The notes under the pieces are model-generated. The model had not been told where the DNA came from. It saw only the letters and a list, made by a program, of their open reading frames with translations, and searched no databases. Shown here piece by piece: positions 49,320 to 59,356 of a stretch of 64,000 bases of DNA. How positions within the stretch are numbered: the stretch's first letter is position 1; each line of letters starts with the position of its first letter. Made by a program: the position numbers and the translations under genes. Source of the DNA: an uncultured bacterium (lineage in GTDB: Bacteria; Patescibacteriota; Saccharimonadia; UBA4664); NCBI GenBank assembly GCA_963720265.1, contig CAVRET010000002.1:663601-727600 (forward strand). Reading direction: 5' to 3'.

Positions 49320-49469
49320 ATGGCTGACCACGACCACGATCACGACCACGATCGCGAACAGCACATTCATGTCCACGTCCACGTCCACTTGCACGATGAC
49401 GACCGTCATCACAGTGATCACGATCACCACGACCATGACCACGACCGCGAAGAAGAGCACCACGACTAA
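49320..49469 (+). CDS. His/Asp-rich 49-aa peptide, putative metal chelator (not in ORF track)
   Basis: AGAAAGGA RBS; MADHDHDHDHDREQHIHVHVHVHLHDDDRHHSDHDHHDHDHDREEEHHD*. Confidence 0.7.
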   Translation: MADHDHDHDHDREQHIHVHVHVHLHDDDRHHSDHDHHDHDHDREEEHHD

Positions 49470-49534
49470 GTCGTAAACGCCTCATAATACGGGGCGTTAT
49501 TCGTGCAGAAAAAGGGCAGCCTAGCTGCTCTTTT

Positions 49535-49900
49535 TTAAAATTCTTTAAACACTAGTTCGTCGGCGATAAAGAACTTGCGCGTAAATTCCACCGCCTTATG
49601 CGGTTCAAACGGCTTGCAAGTGTAGATATCCGCACTAAAAAATAGCCGAGGATGATGCTCGTTCCAGGCGTAAAAATGTGCACCGGAAGTCTCCCAGTGA
49701 GTCCAACCGGCCCAGCCGAAACGACTACTCCGGTTTGTTACGGGCTTAATGAGCGGGGTCATATCAAGTACATCCGATAATTCGGTCAGATAGTCCTTAA
49801 TTTGTTTATCAGTTATAGAAGCCGACGGGAAACCTTCAATGACTAGTCTCTGTCGGAAAATATCCGGCGCAATATCGCGATAGTTCGACAATAGATTCAT
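49535..49900 (-). CDS. S-adenosylmethionine decarboxylase-like protein
   Basis: WETSGAHFYAW, DIYTCKPF, AVEFT resemble the SpeD/SpeH fold. Confidence 0.7.
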   Translation of the reverse strand: MNLLSNYRDIAPDIFRQRLVIEGFPSASITDKQIKDYLTELSDVLDMTPLIKPVTNRSSRFGWAGWTHWETSGAHFYAWNEHHPRLFFSADIYTCKPFEPHKAVEFTRKFFIADELVFKEF

Positions 49901-49967
49901 CCTTTCTATATAAGCATAGGGCCTATATAAATCATATCAAAGCGGTATAGTAAGTATAGTAAGCAAT

Positions 49968-51650
49968 ATGCCAATCACCCGTCCGACCGCCGCACCTGGT
50001 CCACATTACAAGTGGATCGCACTATCCAATACCACGCTCGGCATGCTCATTGCCACGCTCAACGCCACGAGCCTCATTATCGCCCTGCCGGTAGTGTTTC
50101 GAGGCCTCGGAATTAACCCGCTTGATGCCGGGAGCTTTGACTATCTGCTGTGGATACTAATGGGCTATATGCTGGTTACGGCCGTGTTTGTGGTAACGCT
50201 CGGCCGGCTTGGCGACATCTACGGTCGCGTCAAGCTCTACAACCTCGGCTTTGTCGTTTTCACTCTCGGCGCGCTCGGGGCAGCGGCAACCTGGAGTCAC
50301 GGCAATGCCGGCGCGCTTGAGCTCATTATTATGCGTATGATACAAGCCGTGGGCGGCGCCATTCTTATGGCCAATTCCGCCGCCATCCTCACCGACGCCT
50401 TTCCTCACAATCAACGCGGCATGGCGCTTGGTATTAACCAAATCGCCATGCTGGCCGGCTCATTCCTGGGCATTCTGGCCGGCGGTATCCTAAGCCAGTT
50501 TTCCTGGCGCTGGGTATTTTTCTTTAATGTACCGATCGGACTTGCTGGCGCCGTTTGGTCGTACATTGCGCTCAGAGAAATCGATCATCCCAAGCCGGCC
50601 AAAATTGACATACTCGGTAATCTCACGTTTGCCGTCGGCCTGGCCATGCTGTTGATCGGTATCACCTACGGCATTCGGCCGTATCGTTCACATCCAATGG
50701 GCTGGTCCAGCCCATTCGTACTCGCCATGATTGCCTTCGGTCTGCTTGCCCTCTGCCTATTCGTGGTTGTGGAGCGGCGGGCAGCCGAGCCGATGTTTAA
50801 TCTCGGGCTGTTTCGGATTCGTGCCTTTACGGCCGGCAATATTGCCGGACTACTGGCGGCCGTTGGTCGCGGGGGCCTGCAATTTATGCTCATTATGTGG
50901 TTGCAGGGGATTTGGCTGCCGCTGCACGGCTACGCCTTCGCGCAGACCCCACTGTGGGCCGGCATTTACATGCTACCAACGACGCTCGGATTCCTCATCG
51001 CAGGGCCCTTGTCTGGTTATCTGTCTGACCGCTACGGCGCCCGCCCTTTCGCCACCGGCGGCATGCTGCTCGCAGCTGTCAGTTTTGCACTTATGATGAC
51101 GCTGCCGGTTAACTTTCCGTACCCGGCCTTTGCCGGCATTCTAGTGCTCAACGGCCTGTCTTTCGGCCTGTTTAGCTCGCCCAACACGGCCGGCATCATG
51201 AACTCAGTACCGGCACAGTTTCGGGGCGCCGCATCAGGCATGCGGGCAACCTTTCAAAACGTTGGTTTGCCCCTGTCCATCGGCATCTTTTTCACCCTCA
51301 TGATTAGCGGGCTGTCGACCCAAGTGCCAAAAGCGCTATACACCGGCCTCACCACCAACGGGGTAGCTCCGGCTCTAGCCGGGCAGCTCTCGCATCTGCC
51401 GGCCATAAGCTACTTGTTCGCGGCTTTCTTGGGCTACAATCCGCTCAAAAACCTGCTCGGGCCGCAGGTTTTGGGCGCACTGCCGTCGGCCGAAGCCGCC
51501 CGGCTGACATCCAAACAATTCTTTCCCACGCTCATCGGTGCACCGTTTAAGCACGGGCTCACGATCGTATTAACCTTTGCTATAATTGCCTGCCTCATTG
51601 CCGCGGTCGCCAGCTGGTTGCGTGGTGGCAAATACGTTCGTCAAGCCTAA
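49968..51650 (+). CDS. MFS transporter, DHA2 family
   Basis: GRLGDIYGR, WRWVFFFNVPIG, SDRYGAR. Confidence 0.9.
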   Translation: MPITRPTAAPGPHYKWIALSNTTLGMLIATLNATSLIIALPVVFRGLGINPLDAGSFDYLLWILMGYMLVTAVFVVTLGRLGDIYGRVKLYNLGFVVFTLGALGAAATWSHGNAGALELIIMRMIQAVGGAILMANSAAILTDAFPHNQRGMALGINQIAMLAGSFLGILAGGILSQFSWRWVFFFNVPIGLAGAVWSYIALREIDHPKPAKIDILGNLTFAVGLAMLLIGITYGIRPYRSHPMGWSSPFVLAMIAFGLLALCLFVVVERRAAEPMFNLGLFRIRAFTAGNIAGLLAAVGRGGLQFMLIMWLQGIWLPLHGYAFAQTPLWAGIYMLPTTLGFLIAGPLSGYLSDRYGARPFATGGMLLAAVSFALMMTLPVNFPYPAFAGILVLNGLSFGLFSSPNTAGIMNSVPAQFRGAASGMRATFQNVGLPLSIGIFFTLMISGLSTQVPKALYTGLTTNGVAPALAGQLSHLPAISYLFAAFLGYNPLKNLLGPQVLGALPSAEAARLTSKQFFPTLIGAPFKHGLTIVLTFAIIACLIAAVASWLRGGKYVRQA

Positions 51651-51716
51651 TAAAAAATCGCCCGGGGCGCAGCGGCTTCATTGGCCGCGCCCCGGTATTC
51701 CAGGCCACAAACGTTC

Positions 51717-52313
51717 TCACTGGTCCTGCCCACGCGCAGCGCGCAACTCAGCCAAGACGTCGGCCATGTCGAGTGAACGCAGCAGGCCCTGCGTCATCTC
51801 GCAGGCCGCTTGCAGCCTGCTGGCCACGCTACTGTCCTCGCCTGCGATCTGGAGTTGCATTTGGAGCCGCCCCAAATGCCTTTGTAGCTGCCGCTCCACG
51901 ACGCCCAACCGGGCCGTCTGATCAGTGGTGTCAGCGAAAATTCCGTCCGGATTGTGCCACCAGCAGCAGACCTGGTCGCTGCCGAATCGTGCCTGCACAA
52001 CTGCATCCAAATAGCGCTGCCTTTCGGCAAAGGATGCCAAAACCACCAGCAACTGTCCGCCGGCGAGGGCTAGCGCGACTTCAGGTCGCAGCGCGTCCGG
52101 TGATGGTAGTCGCGACAGAAGCACCTCGCCGCTGAGTACTGAGCCGTTATGCCGGTCCGGTGCGAATTGCGGGTGAACGACGAGATCATGCGGTCCGGCT
52201 CGCAGGCCCGGAACCGTGGCCAGCGCAACCGGAATCAGATCTTCAAGCAGGGCCCTAAGCTCCTCGCGCCCGCGCAGCCACTCTGGCAAGCCATCTACGC
52301 GTATGATGTGCAT
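51717..52313 (-). CDS. Hypothetical protein
   Basis: 198-aa ORF with GGGAGGAG RBS. Confidence 0.55.
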   Translation of the reverse strand: MHIIRVDGLPEWLRGREELRALLEDLIPVALATVPGLRAGPHDLVVHPQFAPDRHNGSVLSGEVLLSRLPSPDALRPEVALALAGGQLLVVLASFAERQRYLDAVVQARFGSDQVCCWWHNPDGIFADTTDQTARLGVVERQLQRHLGRLQMQLQIAGEDSSVASRLQAACEMTQGLLRSLDMADVLAELRAARGQDQ

Positions 52314-52415
52314 GTGCTACTCCTCCCGATTGGATTGAGCCAGGCAGTGTACACATCTTATAGCATGCACATGCGGAAGAGGGCAACGCAAAAAGCTTAT
52401 GGTATAAAAGGGTGT

Positions 52416-53540
52416 ATGAAGCCGTCATTGCCGCCACAGCCAACCATTCCTGCCGGTCCGGTGTCAATGCCGGCTGCGCCCGCGCCGCCAGCAAAACAGC
52501 CGCCATTTTGGCAGCGGCCACCGTTTCAGGCAGCGACCGCCATCGTTGCGCTCGGCCTCGTGTTTGCGCTCGGCTACTTTGCGTCCGTCGCAGTCCGCCC
52601 AGCCTCGGTAGCAAAAACCACCAGCCCGGCGCCCACTAGCACCACCAAGCCTACCGTTGCGGCCTCGGCCACGCCGGCTGTGCAGGGTTTGCAGCTCGAT
52701 CCGAACAAAAATTATGGCAACAAGTATGCCGACGGCATCTTGCCTGTTGGGGACGGCAAATACACCACCACCGGTCCCGAAACCGGATATGTTTACGCCT
52801 GTCCGCAGTATGCTCAAAATCTCGCCACGAGCCAGGGCGGCGCCCAAGCACGCGGCCCCTGGTTTACTGATAACAACACCGAGTACAACGTCAACGAAAA
52901 AATTCACGTCCAGGGCAATGTTACCTGGCAAGCGCAGTACTCAATGGACGTCTCTGGCGGCACGCGCACGATCACCACCAACGACCTGCCCAATCACCCC
53001 ACCGGCATTTTCCCCATCGGCCGGAGCGACCCAGCCTACGCCTACGACCACAACCCTAACAGCATTGCCGCCCAGCATCTCACGTATGCGCTGCCGGCTG
53101 ATCCGGCCTACGGGAGCCCTACGTGCATGGGTGGGGAAGTGGGCATTATGACCACCGGCGTAGCCCTGTTCTCGGCCTTTGACGCCGGCGGCCGCGATGC
53201 CGGCGCCTGGGAAGTCCAAGATGAGTGCAACGGCCACCCGCAAATGGACAGCCTCTACCACTACCACACGTTAAGCGCCTGCATTAAAGACACGAGCGTG
53301 CACACGGTAATCGGCTACGCTCTCGATGGGTTCCCCATTACCGGTCCGCAAGTTGGGCCAAATAATGTCCTCACCACGTCCGACCTCGACGCCTGCCACG
53401 GTATCACAAGCCAAATTACCCTCGATGGTAAATCCGTCACCATGTATCACTACGTCATGACCCAAGACTTTCCGTATTCGGCCAGCTGTTTCCGGGGCCA
53501 TGCTATCCAGCCACCGGATTTGGCCGGCGGCCAGCCCTAA
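52416..53540 (+). CDS. Membrane-anchored YHYH protein
   Basis: TM, Pro/Thr linker, DECNGHP..LYHYH, GYALDGFPI, LDACHG, YHY; start at MKPSLP. Confidence 0.85.
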   Translation: MKPSLPPQPTIPAGPVSMPAAPAPPAKQPPFWQRPPFQAATAIVALGLVFALGYFASVAVRPASVAKTTSPAPTSTTKPTVAASATPAVQGLQLDPNKNYGNKYADGILPVGDGKYTTTGPETGYVYACPQYAQNLATSQGGAQARGPWFTDNNTEYNVNEKIHVQGNVTWQAQYSMDVSGGTRTITTNDLPNHPTGIFPIGRSDPAYAYDHNPNSIAAQHLTYALPADPAYGSPTCMGGEVGIMTTGVALFSAFDAGGRDAGAWEVQDECNGHPQMDSLYHYHTLSACIKDTSVHTVIGYALDGFPITGPQVGPNNVLTTSDLDACHGITSQITLDGKSVTMYHYVMTQDFPYSASCFRGHAIQPPDLAGGQP

Positions 53541-53593
53541 AATTTGAAGCATTTACCAAATACAAGCCAGGGTTCGCTTGCTATATTGCCGCC

Positions 53594-55204
53594 ATGGACA
53601 CAAATTGGTTTGCCAACGCCATAATCTATGGAGTTAATATTCCCACGTTCCAAGACTCGAACGGCGACGGCATCGGCGACATTGCCGGCCTCACCAGCCG
53701 CCTCGATTATTTGGCCGATCTGGGGGTGACGTGTCTGTGGCTGCTGCCCTTTTATCCCAGCCCACGCCGCGACAACGGGTATGATGTGTCGCACTACTAC
53801 GGAGTCGACCCGCGGCTCGGCACGCTCGATGATGTCCGCGAGCTGGCCGCACAGGCCAAGGCCCGCGGCATTCGCCTCATGACCGACTTAGTGGTTCACC
53901 ACACCTCGGATCGCCACCCCTGGTTTGAAGCTGCCAAATCCGACCGCCACTCGTCCTATCGTGATTATTACATCTGGAGTGACGAGCGCCCGGAAGAAGA
54001 GGAAGAGCCAAACTTTCCAGAGGCGGAATCGGGCATGTGGCGCTACGAGCCGATTTCACGCTCGTATTATCATCATGCGTTCTATCATTTCCAGCCTGAC
54101 CTTAACTTCGCCAACACGCGCGTCCAGGAGGAGGTATTGCGCATCATGGACTTTTGGCTGGCACTCGGTGTATCCGCTTTCCGGCTCGATGCCGCCCCGC
54201 TTATCATCGGTCGCAAAGGCTTGCCCGGCACCGAGGTTGAGCCGAGCCAATTTTGGAACCGCATCAGGGCCTGGCTCAGCCATCGCAACCCCCAGGCCGC
54301 ACTCATGGCCGAGGCCAACATTCCAATGGAGGAGATCAACAAGTATGTGAACGACGGCCGTGGCATTCATATGTTTCTCAACTTCTGGACCAATCAGACC
54401 ATTATCTATGCTCTCGCCGCCGGCCGTGCCGATCCCGTCATCGGCACGCTCAAGGAGCTACCGATACTTCCGAGTGGAGCGCAATACGTTACATTCTTGC
54501 GCAACCTGGACGAGCTCAACATCGCACGCCTGAGCGAAAGCGAGCAGCAGCTGGTATACAAAAAGTTCGGTCCCAGGAAAAATATGCAAATCTACCATCG
54601 CGGCATCAGACGCCGGCTCGCACCCATGCTCAAGGGCAATGGGCGTCGGCTGCGGCTCGCCTTTAGTCTCATGTTCGCCATGCCCGGGGCGCCCATGATC
54701 GTCTACGGCGACGAGATCGGTATGGGTGAAAATTTGATGCTCACCGAGCGCGATAGCGTGCGGACGCCCATGCAATGGAACAGCTCAGATCAGGCCGGCT
54801 TTTCTCCTGCTGAGTCCAGTCACATGATTCACCGCATGGTCACCAACCCGGGCTACCATTTTCGTACCGTGAACGTCGCCGACCAGCAAGCCGACCCCAA
54901 CTCACTCTGGCACTTTATGAAGCGGCTCATTGCCACCCGCAAAGATTGCCCGGCCATCGGCGAAGGTACATTTTCGCAGCTCGACTGCGGTGACCCGGCC
55001 GTCTTAGCGATAGGCTACACCAACAAGCACCGGTTGGTTGTAGTGCACAATTTGTCCGCCCAGTCAAAAACAGTCTCGCTTCCAATCGGGATCAAGCTCC
55101 AGGCACTAACTGAAATCTTGAGCGATCGGCCGTACGGGCCGCTCCATGCCGGTAAACTTAAGCTTGGGCCATACGGCTTTCGGTGGCTGTATGGCGAGCG
55201 CTAG
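53594..55204 (+). CDS. treS: GH13 trehalose synthase-like protein
   Basis: FQDSNGDGIGD, WLLPFYPSP, FYHFQPDLN, FRLDA, AEAN, GIRRRLAPML, YGDEIGMG. Confidence 0.75.
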   Translation: MDTNWFANAIIYGVNIPTFQDSNGDGIGDIAGLTSRLDYLADLGVTCLWLLPFYPSPRRDNGYDVSHYYGVDPRLGTLDDVRELAAQAKARGIRLMTDLVVHHTSDRHPWFEAAKSDRHSSYRDYYIWSDERPEEEEEPNFPEAESGMWRYEPISRSYYHHAFYHFQPDLNFANTRVQEEVLRIMDFWLALGVSAFRLDAAPLIIGRKGLPGTEVEPSQFWNRIRAWLSHRNPQAALMAEANIPMEEINKYVNDGRGIHMFLNFWTNQTIIYALAAGRADPVIGTLKELPILPSGAQYVTFLRNLDELNIARLSESEQQLVYKKFGPRKNMQIYHRGIRRRLAPMLKGNGRRLRLAFSLMFAMPGAPMIVYGDEIGMGENLMLTERDSVRTPMQWNSSDQAGFSPAESSHMIHRMVTNPGYHFRTVNVADQQADPNSLWHFMKRLIATRKDCPAIGEGTFSQLDCGDPAVLAIGYTNKHRLVVVHNLSAQSKTVSLPIGIKLQALTEILSDRPYGPLHAGKLKLGPYGFRWLYGER

Positions 55205-56861
55205 GCATGAGCATCACTATTTTCGCGGCCGGGTTGTATACCAGATCTATCCGCGCAGTTTCCAGGATTCGAACGGCGATGGCATTGGTGATCTGGCCGG
55301 CATCATAAGCCGGCTGGACTATCTTAATGACGGTCACCCGGCCGCCGCCACCTCGCTCGGCGTCAACATGATTTGGCTGTCGCCGTTTTATCCCTCGCCT
55401 ATGGCCGATTTCGGCTATGATGTGTCGGATTATTGCAATGTCGATCCCATTTTCGGCACGCTGGCCGACTTCAAACTGCTGGTGAAAGAATCTCACCGTC
55501 GCGGTATAAAACTCATGATCGACTTCGTGCCCGACCACTCATCCAATCAGCATCCATGGTTTCTCGAATCGCGTAAAAGCCGTAAAAACCCCCGCCGCCA
55601 CTGGTACTATTGGCGTGATCCTGCGCCGGGTGGTGGGCCGCCCAACAATTGGCTCAGCGTCTTCGGCGGTTCGGCCTGGGAGCTTGATCCAACAACTGGC
55701 CAATACTACCTCCACAGCTTTCTCAAGGAGCAGCCGGATCTCAATTGGGAAAACTCAGGAATGCGTGCCGCCATGCTCGAGGCCATCCGTTTTTGGCTTA
55801 AATTGGGCGTAGACGGCATCCGCGTGGACGCGGTTGATTGGATGGCCAAAGATCTCAAATTCCGTGACAACCCGGTAAATCCCAATTACCGCGCAGGCAT
55901 CGGCGACCCCTATCACCGATTTCTCCACCGTTACAGCCAAAACGGCCCCCAGCTCTACCATTATTTGCGCGCTATGGCCGAGGTTGTGCGAGAGTCGCCC
56001 TACGGCTTCATGGTTACCGAAACCTACCCCGAGCGCCGTGACATCGTGCAAGAGTACCGCAAGATCTACCGCAATTACCTTGCCAGCGTCTCGGCGCCGT
56101 TCAACTTCGAACTCCTGCACTTGCCCTGGTCGGCCGCCGCCTTTAAACAGTTCATTGATCGCTATCAAGCCTCACTCGAGCATGATTATGTGCCCATCTA
56201 CGTGCTCGGCAACCACGACACCGCGCGCCTGGCCAGCCGCATCGGGCCGGCTGCGGCCCGCACCGCCGCTACCATGCTCTTAACCTTGCCCGGCGCAGCC
56301 TTCATTTACTACGGCGAAGAACTCGGCCTACAAAACGTTGCGATTCCGCCCGAGCGCGTCCAGGATCCGTTTGAAAAGCGCGTGCCGGACCTTGGCCTCG
56401 GCCGCGATCCGGAACGCACGCCGATGCCGTGGACGGGTAGTATCCACGCCGGGTTCTCGACCGCCCAGCCGTGGTTGCCGCTTGGTCCCGGTTACCGTAC
56501 CCATAACGTTGCAAGCCAGCTCAGCGACCCAGCCTCGAGCCTACACCTGTACCAAAAGCTCATTCATTTGCGCAACACGTCGCCGATTCTGCAGTATGGT
56601 GTCTATCGTCCGCTCGACACTCATCACTGCGACGTCTTTGGCTACGTGCGTGAACACAACGGCTTCGAGCTGGCAATCGTGCTCAACTTCTCCGGCCGCA
56701 CCGCTGCCATTACCACCGACCTCGGCCCCGGGCTACTCATGTACTCGTCGCAATTAGCTCGCGAAGGCGTGCTCATCAACCTCGCGCGCACCACGATTCC
56801 ACCATATGAAGGCTATGTCGTGGCGCTTGAACGGCGCGATCAAGCGGGCAACCAGTCATGA
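55191..56861 (+). CDS. GH13 alpha-glucosidase
   Basis: YQIYPRSF, GYDVSDY, QPDLNW, GIRVDA, NHD, YYGEELG, RDPERTPM. Confidence 0.9.
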   Translation: MASARHEHHYFRGRVVYQIYPRSFQDSNGDGIGDLAGIISRLDYLNDGHPAAATSLGVNMIWLSPFYPSPMADFGYDVSDYCNVDPIFGTLADFKLLVKESHRRGIKLMIDFVPDHSSNQHPWFLESRKSRKNPRRHWYYWRDPAPGGGPPNNWLSVFGGSAWELDPTTGQYYLHSFLKEQPDLNWENSGMRAAMLEAIRFWLKLGVDGIRVDAVDWMAKDLKFRDNPVNPNYRAGIGDPYHRFLHRYSQNGPQLYHYLRAMAEVVRESPYGFMVTETYPERRDIVQEYRKIYRNYLASVSAPFNFELLHLPWSAAAFKQFIDRYQASLEHDYVPIYVLGNHDTARLASRIGPAAARTAATMLLTLPGAAFIYYGEELGLQNVAIPPERVQDPFEKRVPDLGLGRDPERTPMPWTGSIHAGFSTAQPWLPLGPGYRTHNVASQLSDPASSLHLYQKLIHLRNTSPILQYGVYRPLDTHHCDVFGYVREHNGFELAIVLNFSGRTAAITTDLGPGLLMYSSQLAREGVLINLARTTIPPYEGYVVALERRDQAGNQS

Positions 56862-56887
56862 CATCGGTGCTCAGTAACAGGTTGCGG

Positions 56888-59356
56888 CTAAACTGACATC
56901 CGCCCAAGCGCAGCCAGCACATCGACCCCTGCTCCGAGCACGCCTTGCCACAAATCGCCAACCTTGTCGAGACGCTCCGGCATGGTTCTGAGAGTAAACG
57001 CTTTCGGATCGAGCCGCTCATTCACCTCGCCCCAATCAAGCGGCGTCGACACCGTCGCCCCGGGCACCGGCCGCACGCAATAGGCCACCGCCATGGTCTG
57101 CCCGTGCCCGTTTTGCAAGTAGTCCAGGTAAATTTTGCCCTTGCGCTTATCTGGACTGCGCTCAACGCTCGTCAGCTCGGGCAATCGGCTGTGCAGCAAA
57201 TTCATAATAATCTCGGCCAACTGTTTGCTCTGCTCATACGTATAATTGGCACCCAGCGGAATGCAAACGTGCAGACCCGTCTTGCCGCTTGTCTTGGGAT
57301 AGGCCGGAATCTCATATTCATCAAGCAGCTTATGGGCCGCCATGGCTACTTTCACCACTGCATCAAACCCGCTGGTTTTGGCATCAATATCGAGTAGGCA
57401 ATAATCCGGCCGGCCGAGATTCTGCGTGCACGAGTGCCATGGGTTGAGCTCGATGCAGCCTAAATTAACTAAATATTCCAGAACATCGCGGTCATTGGCC
57501 ACCACCCAACGAATGTCCTTGTTACTCGATTCTGAGTATATTGGCACCGTCTTCACCCAATGCGGCGCCCCTTCCACGTCCTTTTGGAAAAAATGCTGGC
57601 CGCTAATGCCACCGGGATAACGGTTGAGTGATTCGGGTCGGTCTTTGAGATAGGGCAGTAACACCTCACTCACACGATCGTAATAATCCAGCAAATCGCC
57701 CTTGGTAATGCCCTCATCAGGCCAAAATACTTTGTCGCGGTGAGTAATGTGTGCTCGGCTATCCGGCTGATCAGTCTTCGCGCCGGATTTGTATTCCGCA
57801 GCGGCCTGCGGCAATTCGCGTCGCACGTCACGAGCCGACTTGTCTTCGCGCCAACCCACAAAAATCGGTTGTCGCATATGATCGTCCTGCGTCCAGCCGG
57901 CAAAACTCACCTCCGCCACCAATTCTGGCTTCACCCAATGTACTGGCGCGTTGGTTCGAAAGCTTGTCGCAAACGGCGAGGCTTTGCGCTCGAGCGGCTT
58001 CAGCCGGGCATGCGCCTCGGCGAGCGACTGTTCTGTAAACCCGCCACCGGTATGCCCAATGTAGCGCAGCTGGCCGTCCTCGCCGTACAACCCGAGCACT
58101 AGTGCGCCCAGGTCATGCCGGCTGCCCTTCGGCTCAGTGTAGCCGCCTACCACAGCCTCTTGTCGGGCATGGGTCTTGATTTTGAGCCAATCCCGGCTGC
58201 GTTTGCCATCCTGATATGTGCTTACGGCGGATTTAGCCATAATGCCCTCCAGATTCTGCGCCTGAGCCAATGCAAACAGCCTTTTCCCAACGCCGGCCAC
58301 ATGATCGCTCAGGCGCACCCGCGTAAACGGCGCCACTAGCTGCGCCAGCACCTCCTTGCGCCGCGTAAGCGGCCAACCGCGTAAATCGTGCCCGTAGGCA
58401 TACGGCAAATCGAACACATAATACACGAGCGTGCCGCTGCCGGTCCGCTGCCAGTCCTGCAACGCGCCGAAATCCGACCGGCCGGCCTCGTCCACCACGA
58501 CCATTTCACCGTCCAAGATGGCATCCACGACCAGGCCGGACAGCTCCTTGGCCACTAACTGGTACCGCTCTGTGTAATCCTGATCACCGCGAGTGATAAG
58601 CCGCACTCGGCCACCTCCCACATGCGCCATAATCCGGTAGCCGTCCCATTTCACCTCATACAACCACTCCGGATCGTCAAACGGCGTTTCCCTGAGTGTC
58701 GCCAGCATTGGCGCCAACTCCGCCGGCGCCTGAGCCCTGGGTGCATCGTCAAAATCCTGCACAACCGGCTTCCCAGCCGCAATCTCCTCCAGCGTCCGGC
58801 CTGTGGCTGCACTCCGGTTACGCTGCGTCACATCCTCGTCCCGCGCCCACTGGTCTTTCTCGGCTTTAATCAGTAGCCAAGCATTCTCCTCGGCGTCCTT
58901 CATTTTCACCAACGCAAATTCGCCGTTCAACTTCTGCCCGTGCAAAATAAACGTCAAATGCCCGGCATGCACACCGGCCCGGGCTTTTTTATCATCCTCC
59001 TCGCGGTCGCCGGTAGCGCCGAGTGGCTCGTACGTACCTTCATCCCATACCATGACCGTACCACCGCCGTAATTGCCTTTGGGGATCGTACCCTCAAACG
59101 TCCGGTAATCGAGCGGATGATCCTCGACCATCATGGCAAGTCGCTTGTCCTCGGGCCTCAGTGACGGGCCTTTGGGCACGGCCCAGCTCTTGAGTGCGCC
59201 GCCCATCTCCAGTCGAAAATCATAATGCAACTGCGACGCGTCATGCTTTTGCACCACAAACCGCAGGCCGCCGCGCTCATCGCTCTGATCATCGCCGCCG
59301 GTCGGCTCGGGCGTCGTGTCAAACGTACGTTTCGACTGGTACTTGTCCAAACTCAC
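56888..59356 (-). CDS. ligD: NHEJ DNA ligase D (phosphoesterase-ligase-polymerase)
   Basis: QKHDASQLHYDFRLE (PE), EVKWDGYR (ligase), LDID and KTSGKTGLH (polymerase). Confidence 0.96.
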   Translation of the reverse strand: MSLDKYQSKRTFDTTPEPTGGDDQSDERGGLRFVVQKHDASQLHYDFRLEMGGALKSWAVPKGPSLRPEDKRLAMMVEDHPLDYRTFEGTIPKGNYGGGTVMVWDEGTYEPLGATGDREEDDKKARAGVHAGHLTFILHGQKLNGEFALVKMKDAEENAWLLIKAEKDQWARDEDVTQRNRSAATGRTLEEIAAGKPVVQDFDDAPRAQAPAELAPMLATLRETPFDDPEWLYEVKWDGYRIMAHVGGGRVRLITRGDQDYTERYQLVAKELSGLVVDAILDGEMVVVDEAGRSDFGALQDWQRTGSGTLVYYVFDLPYAYGHDLRGWPLTRRKEVLAQLVAPFTRVRLSDHVAGVGKRLFALAQAQNLEGIMAKSAVSTYQDGKRSRDWLKIKTHARQEAVVGGYTEPKGSRHDLGALVLGLYGEDGQLRYIGHTGGGFTEQSLAEAHARLKPLERKASPFATSFRTNAPVHWVKPELVAEVSFAGWTQDDHMRQPIFVGWREDKSARDVRRELPQAAAEYKSGAKTDQPDSRAHITHRDKVFWPDEGITKGDLLDYYDRVSEVLLPYLKDRPESLNRYPGGISGQHFFQKDVEGAPHWVKTVPIYSESSNKDIRWVVANDRDVLEYLVNLGCIELNPWHSCTQNLGRPDYCLLDIDAKTSGFDAVVKVAMAAHKLLDEYEIPAYPKTSGKTGLHVCIPLGANYTYEQSKQLAEIIMNLLHSRLPELTSVERSPDKRKGKIYLDYLQNGHGQTMAVAYCVRPVPGATVSTPLDWGEVNERLDPKAFTLRTMPERLDKVGDLWQGVLGAGVDVLAALGRMSV

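Noticed and set aside
49237-49485. 82-aa Arg/Gly-rich minus-strand ORF
   Set aside because: Antisense reading of the His/Asp peptide, which has the RBS.
52149-52415. N-terminal extension of the YHYH protein
   Set aside because: Overlaps the divergent gene; a -10 box just before ATG 52416 supports the shorter start.
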